NCBI GenBank assembly: GCA_013416795.1
Contig: RQSC01000028.1
Location: 342,534 to 406,533 of the forward strand
Reading direction: 5' to 3'
Length of the DNA stretch: 64,000 nt
Source: Prasinococcaceae sp. CCMP 1430
Taxonomy: Eukaryota > Plantae > Prasinodermophyta
In this document: in pieces, positions 12,044 to 21,039 of the stretch
How positions within the stretch are numbered: the first letter of the stretch is position 1
How the letters are laid out: each line of letters begins with the position of its first letter
Made by a program: the position numbers and the translations under genes
Notes under the pieces: generated by a model
Seen by the model: the letters and a program-made list of their open reading frames with translations, nothing else
Databases searched by the model: none
Told to the model about the DNA's origin: nothing

Positions 12044-13661
12044 GGTCTGGAGGCCCCTGCGGCGGCAGGGCCGCGTGGCGTCGCTGCTGGACGCGCTCGC
12101 CCGCGGCGAGCTCGCTGTGGGCGCGGACGCGCTCCTCGTGGAGAACGTGGTCAACGCGAGCCTCGCTGCGGCGCTGCGGAGGCGCGGCTGGACGGCGGTG
12201 CGCGGCGAGCGCCGCCTCGGCCGCCACTGGCGCGCGCCCCGAGGGGGAGGACGTCGCGGGCCTCGGGGGCGAGGTTCCGCTCTCAGCGCGCTGGGGAGGG
12301 GCGAAGGAGGATGGGAAGGGGAAGGGGAGGGGGAAGGCGCGGGCGCCACCCCTGTGCTGCTGCCCGCGCAGTCGTTTGCGGTTGCACCGATGCGCGAGTA
12401 CACGACGCGGCACTTCAACGTGCTCGCGCGACAGCTGTCGTCGCGCGCTGTGCTGTACACCGAGATGCACAAGCCGCGCGCGGTCGCTGAGGCGCGAGAG
12501 CAGGGGCGGGCGCATGCTCTGCTGGGGCGCGCCGGCGCGGCCGGCGAGGGTGCCGAGGTCCTGCAGCTGGGCGGCGACTGTCCGCGCGCGCTTGCCCGCG
12601 CGGCGCGCGCTGCCGTCGAGTTTGGCTACGAGGGCGTGGACCTGAACGCTGGCTGCCCATCGGTCGTCGCCGGCGGCGGTGCCTTCGGAGCATCGCTGAT
12701 GCGCGATGCCGAGCTCACCGCGAGCTGCCTCGAGGCGATTGCCGAGGCAGTGGACGCCGCTTCGCGGGAGAGGGGCGACTCGCTGCCACCCGTCGTGTCG
12801 CTCAAGTGTCGCGTAGCGGTCGCCGAGACCGAGGACGAGGCCGCGGTGCAGCGCGTGATGGGTGAGGGCGCGCTCAAGGAAGGGCTGCGCGAATTCCTGG
12901 AGCGCTCGGCCGTGCGGGCAGGCTGCCGCCACGTGGCCGTCCACGCGCGGCAGGCGGTGATGCGTGGTCTGTCGCCAGCGGCGAACCGCGAGGTGCCGCC
13001 GCTCATGCACGGCGTGGTGGCCGCGCTCGCGGCCGACCTCTCGGGCGCCGTGCGGCTGACGGCCAACGGTGGGATTGACAGCGCCGAACGCGCGCGAGAG
13101 CTGCTCTCTGCCGCGCCGCAGCTGGCGGGCGTCATGGCGGGGCGCTGGCTCATACGACGGCCGCTCGACCTGGCCGAGGTCGACTCTGTCTTCTACGGCG
13201 AGGCACGCAGAGGCGACAGTCTCGCCATCGCGGTGCGCGCCCTCTCAGCCTACAGCGAGCACGTCAACGACGAGCTCGCGGCAGGGGTGGCACCGCCGGC
13301 GGAGCTGGCGCTGCCCCTCGCACTCGTCGCGGCACAGCTCGAGGAGGATGGGGACGGCTCGTCGCCAGCCACGGCAGCGCGAACCCAGGCCCTTTGGTCT
13401 GCGCTCGAGGAGGCCGCCGCTCCACTGCTGCGCGAGGACTTCGGCGACGGCCGGCGGCGGCTCGTCAAGGAGCTACAGGGCGTGGGTGGCAAGAAGGTGG
13501 GCGCCAAACACCGCCGCACGCGCGCCGAGGCGACGCGCGCCGCCGCTCAGACAGCGCCGCGCGCCGAGCACGGCCGAGGCGACGCGGCGGTGGTTGCAGC
13601 TCGGCCGGCGCAGGCGGCATCGTCGGGCACAAGAAGGCGGTGGCAAGACCTCGAGTTGTAA
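12044..13661 (+). CDS. dusA: tRNA-dihydrouridine synthase, DusA-type; true start unresolved near the N at 12043
   Basis: Motifs: FAVAPMREYTTRHF, LYTEM, LQLGG, VDLNAGCPS (catalytic Cys), SLKCR, HAR.AVMRGLSPAANREVPPL, NGGI, VMAGR. The first in-frame ATG after the N (12390) lies inside the APM motif, so the real start must be upstream. Confidence 0.85.
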
Positions 13662-13837
13662 CATGCTGTGTTGTATAGTCAACTCCTGAGTGGCTGCCCC
13701 GGCAACAGCGCGAGCTGCGCATGCGTCAACATCAGCGCCGTGCCCACAGCTTTGAATACAGCACAATCACAATCGTACATCGGCCGTGCGCAGGCGCGCG
13801 CACACCCGTAGGTGACGCAGGCGCGCGCGCCCGCGCG

Positions 13838-14376
13838 CTACTTGCGCGCCTCTGCATCCGGCACGCCTGGCTGCTGGTCAGCTGGCAGCGGCTTGCCGTC
13901 GGGTCCGCAGCGCACGCCGAGCGCCTCCCACCCGATGGGCTCCTGCTCCTTGATCCACTTGCCGCCATCTGCGCGCGCCTCCTTCAAAAACGATCCGATG
14001 AGGCCCTCGAGATCCCTGCAGGCTCGGGCGGGCACCCGCACGCGCGCAGCCCCCACGCAGGAAGAGGCGGGAGCACGTGCACGCACGTACGCCAGCATGC
14101 CGGCGCGCGCCAGTCAGACCACCGCGCGCGAGCTCGGCAAGCGCAGCCGCAACGCGCGCGCGAGAGAGAGCGCACGCCAGCCCGCCCTCGCGCCCGCGCC
14201 TGCGCTCACCTCTGCCCGCCGCCATCGCCGCCGCTGCCGCCCGCCGCTGGACGCCAAGGTACACGTGCGGCGGGGGCGCGCCCGCCGCGCCGGCGCCCGT
14301 CCCGCCGGTCATCGCGGGCGCCCGCGCGGAGTGGCACTGTGGGCACACGCCGCCGTCGCATGCGCGCATGCCACAT
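13838..14376 (-). CDS. Small hypothetical spliced protein
   Basis: Intron 14016-14209 (GTGAGC..GCAG, phase 2 at both ends) joins an Arg-rich transit-like exon to RDLEGLIGSFLKEARADGGKWIKEQEPIGWEALGVRCGPDGKPLP. The start codon is uncertain. Confidence 0.4.
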
Positions 14377-14600
14377 GCGCACAACGGATTTTCGCGCGCG
14401 CGCGCCCGCGCATTTCCCCAAGATACGCAGCACAGTGCGCATCGTTCCCCGCAAAACGCGCTCAATATTTCATTGTGCTATCATCCGCGAATTGCTCGGG
14501 GGTGGTGGGCTGCGCGTGCCAAGGCGAACATTACCGCCTCCTCGGCGGACGGCGCCCCCTAACGGCGTCCGCTGCGAGCCAGGCGGGCGCAGGTCGAAAC

Positions 14601-14602
<2 letters not shown>

Positions 14603-14632
<30 letters not shown>
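14603..14632. repeat. (GT)n microsatellite
   Basis: Read directly. Similar (GT)n tracts occur at ~16760-16782 and ~50891-50912. Confidence 0.95.
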
Positions 14633-14637
<5 letters not shown>

Positions 14638-14670
14638 CCCGCGCGAGCGCCTCCACTTCGCTCCTCACTG

Positions 14671-16150
14671 CTACGCCTCGCCATCGCCCGCCGCCTTGAT
14701 CCCCACGCCCCCCTCGACGCGCTTCATGCGGTCCTCGTTCATGGTGAGACGCTCCTCGAGCAGCGCCACCGTCTGTGTGAGAATGTCCAGCTGGCCGACT
14801 ATGTGCTGCAGCGTAGCACCAAGCGCGGCCGTGGCGTCCACGGACGTGTCGGTAGCACCGCTGGACCCTGCAGACACGGCGGGCGCGGCCAAGGCGGGTG
14901 CGTGCGTGGGGGAAGGCGGCGCGGCCGGCACTGCGACGGCCTTCTTTGGAGCGGTCTGCCAGGGATCGCGCGTACACGAGCGCGCGCGCGCGATGTCAGG
15001 ACACACACGATCGTACGCCGTGCGAATGCGCGCGCACGAGGCGCCTGCGTGCCTGCACGCCCGCACCTTCTTGGTACCCTTGACCGACGACGGGCGCGCG
15101 GCGGGCGCTGTGGCCGGCCGCGGCACAGGCACTTTCCTCGCGGGCGCGGGCGCGGGCACATTGAGCGGCATCGCGTCCATCACTGCTACACGCGCGTGCG
15201 GACGATGACGGGGATGGGTGCAGAATGAGGAGAAGAGGGACAGCACGTCAGCTCGACGCGCGCAATGTTCGCAGAGGCGCTCTTCCACGCGCGCTGGGTC
15301 CTTACCCCGCGTGGCCGTTCTCGTCGTTGACCCTGGGATGTCCCTGTCGAAATTGGTGCGCCACACCATCACCTGCTCGTCCGCGCCGCCACTCGCGAAG
15401 AAGTCGCCCGCGGGCGAGAAGGACGCACACGATGTGGCGCCCTCGTGGCCGTGCAGCGCGTAGTACAAGTGACCCTCGCGGAGGTCGTAAACCTTGATGG
15501 TGCCGTCGGCGCTGGTGGAGATGAGGAAGTTGCCGCTGGGGTGAAAGTCCAAGGAGTTGACGCAGCCACCGTGCGAGGCGTAGTGCTGCACCAGCGTGTT
15601 AGTGCGCACGTCCCAGACTTTGATGGTGCCGTCGACGCCAGCAGACGCCACGCACGTGCCGTCGGGGTGAAACTTGGCGCACATCACTGCGGCAGTGTGG
15701 TCATCGTACACGTGCACACAAGTGTGGCTCTGCGTATCCCACAGCCTGACCGTCTTGTCGTCCGACGCAGACACGATCAGTCGACCGTCCGGCGAGAAAT
15801 CGGCTGAGCGCACCCAATTCGAGTGGCCGGTCAGCGTGTAGCGGAAGCGCTGGCCCGGGAGCGACCAGACCTTGATCGACTTGTCGTCCGAGGCCGAGCA
15901 CAAAAAGCGCCCGTCCTTCGAGAACGCCACGGAGCGCACCGCGCCTGAGTGGGCCTTCAGCGTGGTGGACTTGCCCTCAACGGTAGGGAGCCAAAGGCGA
16001 ACCGTGCGGTCGTGCGAGCCCGAGGCGATCAGGCCACCTGCGGGAGAGAACGCAACCGAGTGCACGGCGGCCTGGGTGCGCGCGCGCGGGGGGGGGGGGG
16101 GTTGGTCACCCGCCGCGGGCGGTGACGAGCAGGTAGCCGACCTTGCCGAT

Positions 16151-16206
<56 letters not shown>

Positions 16207-16911
16207 ATGGAACGCGCTTGCGTCAGTCGCGGGGGCATGGGCAGATGGAGGCGCGCGACGCTCGCACTCGCGGATCGGCAGGAGCTCTTGCTGTGCGGGC
16301 TCGTTCGCCGATCCTCTCACGCGCGCCCTGCTTGCGCGCACAACTCGCCCGCTCGCCCGCTCGCCCGCCTGCATGCGCGAGCGCGCTCACCTTGTGACCC
16401 GTGAACCGGTACGCGCGAAGTTGCGGCTTGAAGTTCCACACCATGATGGAGCCATCCGCGCTCGAGCTGATGAGCTGCTTCATGTTGGGGTTGAACACAA
16501 CCTGCATGGGAAGTGGGGAGGGGGTGGGTGGGGTGGGGAGGGGGGGAGGGGGCACGAGCGAGCGAGCGGGCGCGTCAGCTCGCGTGCGAGAGCTCCGCAG
16601 CGCTTGCGAGCGAGGCGACTTCGCACGCACGCCTGCACGCGCGCAGCGCCGCACCTGCGACACGCTGCCCTTGTGCCCACGGAAGGAGCGCTCGAGGGTG
16701 GGGTCCTCGCCCTGCGTGTCCGAACGCGCGCGCGTGAGCCGCCGCGCGCGCGCGCGCGAGTGTGTGTGTGTGTGTGTGTGTGTCCACGCGCACGCGAGCA
16801 TGCGTACGGGCGCGCGCGTCAGCGGTGCCCGCGCCACCCCGCGCAACCCATGCGGAGGCAGCGGGCGCGTCCACAGCTACTCGCACACCCGCAACCAACA
16901 GCGGATGACAT
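14671..16911 (-). CDS. POC1: POC1 centriolar WD40 protein
   Basis: Exons: ~16911 (putative first), 16711-16655 ([14 protein letters not shown]), 16501-16391, 16071-15306, 15185-15067, 14955-14671. It has seven WD40 repeats, VMVWRTNFD and the C-terminal POC1 coiled coil [27 protein letters not shown]. Confidence 0.92.
16151..16201. repeat. Poly-G tract (~51 nt) in a POC1 intron
   Basis: Read directly. A shorter G run lies at 16088-16101. Confidence 0.95.
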
Positions 16912-18010
16912 CGACAGCGGCGGGGGTAGAGGTGGCGGCAAAGGCTGCGCTGGCCTCGGCAGCCGCCGCGGGGGCGAGAAAACTGCGGCAACAGCAGGGG
17001 AAGCGATGCCATGCGACGCGGCTGGCGCTGCGCTGCGCCTGCGACGCACCCCGCCCAACATGTCTGCCGGCGCCACCATCGCGCGTGCCCCTGCGCCCGC
17101 CGCGGCGCGCCGCGCGCAGGCTGTGGCGGAGAGCGCCGAGCGACACGACCCATCTCCCCACTCATCAGTGCCCGTCCGCCCCCCACTCCCCCCCCCCCGC
17201 ACCCACACTGTGTGTGTGCGTGAGCGTGCGCGCCGCGCGAATTCAAATCGCTCGCGACGGTTCCCCGCGAATTCGCCGCGCGCCCGCCGCGCACCCTCCC
17301 CATCGCATCGCATTCCCCCCGCCCGCTTTCCCCCGGCGCCGGAACTCCGCGAGAAAGCGCCGCTGCGGCGCGCCGTGCGTCGGTGCCGCGCGTGCGCGCG
17401 CGCCCTTGCGCGCGCTCGGGGAACTGCCCAGGCTGCCAAGACCAGGGCGAAAACCAAACGCGCGCGGCGCGCGGGCAAAGACAAAAAGCGCTCCGTGTCC
17501 GCCCCGAAACGTAATCAAATCCGTGGGTCGCGTCGCGCGGGCGCGGGCGCGCGAGCGGCGCAGTGCGCCCGATTTGGATGGAACCTGGCCACACCAACGG
17601 GAAAAAATTGCAGGAAAAAGCGGAGGCAAAGGAAGGGGAGGGGCACACACACAGGCCTTGTTGTTGCTGGCTGGGACACACACCGCCTTTCTCGCGATTG
17701 TCACAGCCACACGTTCTTACTTACTCTGCTCCCGACTGCAGGCGGGGCTCTCGCTCTCGCTCTCGCTCAGTCTCGCCCTCCTACCAAGCGCTGCGCGCTC
17801 GAGTCGGCGCCCACGATGGTCGCTCCCGTCGTCCACGCCGTCCCTAAGTCCTCGCGAGTGCCAACTGCTCGCCACGTGCACAGCCTCGGCCAACGCGCGC
17901 CCGACGGTGAGGCCAGATGGTATGACTATGCGCCGGTGGAATGATCGTGCAAGGTGCAAATGCACGACACACTGTAGCCCTCGCACTCGCCACTCGGGCA
18001 GTCACCGCGG

Positions 18011-19263
18011 TCACCCCCACGTGCGCGCGGCTGGGCACCCAGTGAGACCCTCGTGGTCGCTTGGCCTACGACCAAGGTCCCATCTGAAGCGCCTGTCGGG
18101 CTCCTTGATAGCGTACCGCGCCACCGACGCCACGCGACTAGTGATCAAGCCTCGCGCGTCGTACTCTACAGCGCGAGCGTCAGAGGTCGGCACGGTGTGC
18201 AGAGGGCACGCGCGTGGGCAGTCCGTCACGAGAACGCGGGCACTGCGCTCGTACCGTATAGCTCGGTGCCGTGAGCGCGCCACCACACGTCCGGCAGAGG
18301 CACGCTCGCCCCCTCCGAGATAGAGCCGTCGGCGCTCATGATAGGAACACGCCCGCCGGGCACACGATACTCGTACTGGTATACAACCGAGATCTTCGAG
18401 CCCGCAGAGCACCAGAGCTGCTTGACGAGGCGGTAGTCGAGCTCGGAGTGCCACTTGCGCTCCAGGTCGTCCATGATGGCGGCACGCCCCGCGAGGAATT
18501 CTCCCTCGGGCGTGCGCACGCGAGCGTCGGCCGCGTACAGTGCCGCCACGCGCGCGGGGTCGCGCGCGTTCCAGGCGTCCTCGTCGAGGCGCACCTTGCG
18601 CTCGGCGAGGTTCGAGTCGTCGTACGGCGGCAGCGGCTCGGCGACCATCGCACCGTCTCCCATCGCGGTCGGCGCATCGGCGCTGCCGGGAGCATCGGGG
18701 TAAATCACATCCAGTCGCGAGCTCCCGCCGCGGTGGTGACCATGTTGGTCTTGCAATTTCGCCCGCCCTTGCGCCATCGACACCGTCGCCGTCCTGTGCT
18801 GCTCAGATGCCAGCGACGCGAACGAGCGCCCTCGCCTGGGAGCACTGCGCGCCGCGCGCATGTGCGCGTGCGCGGCGTTCTTGTACTCTCGCCATTGGAC
18901 GCCCGCGGACGTCCTGTCGTAGTCGGCGCGCGGCGAGCGGTGACTCGTGTGAGCAGCACGCGCCCCGCGAAAGTGCGCGTGCGTGGCGTTCTCGTCCTCG
19001 TGCCACAAGAAGCCCGCGGGCGTCCTGTCGCAGCCCGAGCGCGTGCGGTGGGCGGACGTGGCGGCGGTGAACGCGCAGACGTCCGAGGACGGGTCGTCCG
19101 GTTCTTTGCCCGGGTCGTCGCACTTGGTGGAACACGCCGCAGCTGTCGCCGCCGCGTCAAAGCAGGCGCCACCCGCGGAGTAGCAGCGTTTGCGCAGAGC
19201 CAAAGACGCCCGCAGGCAGCTCAACAGCGAGGGCGGCGCGGCGCACGCCGCCGCCGACATCAT
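18011..19263 (-). CDS. DUF1348 family protein (NTF2/SnoaL-like fold) with long N-terminal extension
   Basis: Motifs: PLPPY...KVRLDEDAWNARDP, KWHSELDYRLVKQLW, WWRAHGTELY. Intron 18166-18254 (phase 1) joins this to EYDARGLITSRVASV...RRFRWDLGRRPSDHEGL, which matches the DUF1348 C-terminal pattern (EFD..GLM..R.ASI....W..GRRP.DHPGL). Confidence 0.85.
18845..19032 (-). repeat. Diverged tandem duplication, period 111 bp (37 codons), inside the DUF1348 N-terminal extension
   Basis: GTCCTGTCG occurs at 19022 and 18911. The peptides are CDRTPAGFLWHEDENATHAHFRGAR and YDRTSAGVQWREYKNAAHAHMRAAR. Confidence 0.85.
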
Positions 19264-19502
19264 CGCCTCTCTCCACCCGTCTACCGCCGGGGGCCCGGGG
19301 CCGTCAGAGACAAACGCTGGCAGACGCTGCCGAGTCCGTGGCCGCCCTCCGTCCGTGGCGTGCGCCGCGCCGTCCGCTCGCCGTGTGCGCCGCGCGCGCC
19401 CGCGCAGCAATGCGCTGGGCGCAGAACGGAAAATTCCGGCCCGCGCTGGTCTCGTTGTGCGGGCACGCGGCCCGCCCCGCGCGCGACGCCCGGCCATCCG
19501 AC

Positions 19503-19747
19503 NNNNNNNNNNNNNNNNNNNNNNNNNNNNNNNNNNNNNNNNNNNNNNNNNNNNNNNNNNNNNNNNNNNNNNNNNNNNNNNNNNNNNNNNNNNNNNNNNN
19601 NNNNNNNNNNNNNNNNNNNNNNNNNNNNNNNNNNNNNNNNNNNNNNNNNNNNNNNNNNNNNNNNNNNNNNNNNNNNNNNNNNNNNNNNNNNNNNNNNNNN
19701 NNNNNNNNNNNNNNNNNNNNNNNNNNNNNNNNNNNNNNNNNNNNNNN
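19503..19747. other. Assembly gap (N run)
   Basis: Run of N. Confidence 1.
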
Positions 19748-19767
19748 CCGGGCCGGCCCCGGCCGCG

Positions 19768-20949
19768 ATGGCGGCGCCGGGCGGCGGCGAGCACTGCAGC
19801 GCGCTCATCGAGGCGCTGCTCGGGGAGTGCGCGTCGACGCCGCGGCAGTACGCCTCGGCCGCCACGGGACTCGCCAGCGTCGCGTGCTGGGTCGCTGCCG
19901 AGCTGCCGCAGATTTACGCGAACTACCGCGCGGGTGCGGCAGACGCCATGGCGCCCGCATTCCTCGCGGCGTGGCTGGTAGGCGACGTCCTCAACGTGGT
20001 GGGCACCACACTCACGGACGCGCTGCCGACCATGCGCTACGTCGCGGTACTGTACACGGCCACCACCGCCGTGCTCGCCGTGCAGTTCTTGTATTATCGC
20101 TACAGCGCGCGGCGAGCGCGCGCGGGGCGTGCGGGTGCCGCCGACGGCGTGCTCGCTGAGGTCGCGGCGGAGAGCACACCACTGCTCGGCGAGTCAGGGC
20201 GCAAACCCTCCATGCCGCTCCTCATGCCTGGTGTGGAGGGGCCGACCGCCATCCCGTCGGTACAGCGGTCGCTGCCGCACCCGTCCCCCGCGTACATGGG
20301 CTCCTTCCGCACACTTGCAGTGGCATCTCCCGGGCGCTCGTTGACGCTCTCACGTACTGTGCCGTCAACACGCGATGGCGAGATGAGGGCGGACGAGGCC
20401 GGAGGCAGCGATGGTGCGGACGATCCTGAGAGCGGCGGCGGAGAGGGGATGGATGATGGCCCGCGCATGCTCGGCAGCTCACGAGCCAGCGCGACGCTAC
20501 GCGCGGCAGGCGCCGGCCTGGCGTGCGTGCAGCTGGCGGTGCTCGCAACGCGCGCGACGAAGGGCGACGGCGCACCCGGTGCGCCGCTGCTGCGGCGGGC
20601 GTTGCTCACCGCGGCGAGCGCGCAAACACGCGGAGGGAATAGCTCCTCCCTCGTCGGGGAGGGGCTTGGATGGTGCATGGCCGCCATCTATACAGGCGGG
20701 CGTGTCCCTCAGATCATACAGAACTTCAGGCGGCGCAGCGTCGAGTCTCTCAGCCTGGCAATGTTCCTTTTCGCCATAGCGGCCAATTCGACCTACGTGG
20801 CATCGATCCTGCTGGACTCGGTAGAGTGGGAGCGCGTGCGGCCCTCGCTGCCGTGGCTCGTGGACGCCGTCGCGTGTATGGTGCTCGATGTGGTCATCTG
20901 GGCACAGTACACGGCATACTCCTCCGCCGGCTCAAAGCCCGAGCAGTGA
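19768..20949 (+). CDS. PQ-loop repeat membrane protein (LAAT1/PQLC2/YPQ-like vacuolar or lysosomal amino-acid exporter)
   Basis: Two PQ loops: WVAAELPQIYANYR...FLAAWLVGDVLN and GW..AAIYTGGRVPQIIQNFRRRSVESLS, ending LPWLVDA...LD. Confidence 0.88.
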   Translation: MAAPGGGEHCSALIEALLGECASTPRQYASAATGLASVACWVAAELPQIYANYRAGAADAMAPAFLAAWLVGDVLNVVGTTLTDALPTMRYVAVLYTATTAVLAVQFLYYRYSARRARAGRAGAADGVLAEVAAESTPLLGESGRKPSMPLLMPGVEGPTAIPSVQRSLPHPSPAYMGSFRTLAVASPGRSLTLSRTVPSTRDGEMRADEAGGSDGADDPESGGGEGMDDGPRMLGSSRASATLRAAGAGLACVQLAVLATRATKGDGAPGAPLLRRALLTAASAQTRGGNSSSLVGEGLGWCMAAIYTGGRVPQIIQNFRRRSVESLSLAMFLFAIAANSTYVASILLDSVEWERVRPSLPWLVDAVACMVLDVVIWAQYTAYSSAGSKPEQ

Positions 20950-21039
20950 GCGCGCGCGCTGTGCTGGGCGACGTCGCAGCTCTAGAATGTTGTACCTTAT
21001 GCACACTTGTTGCACTCTTCCACATCGAGCGCACTCTTA

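Noticed and set aside
16088-16201. Long G runs as potential G-quadruplex elements (also 50721-50771)
   Set aside because: Homopolymer lengths next to Ns or assembly junctions are unreliable, and there is no evidence of function.
17816-17944. 42-aa plus-strand ORF MVAPVVHAVPKSSR...
   Set aside because: Short, with no recognisable motif or clear codon bias. It lies downstream of the DUF1348 gene and may be UTR.
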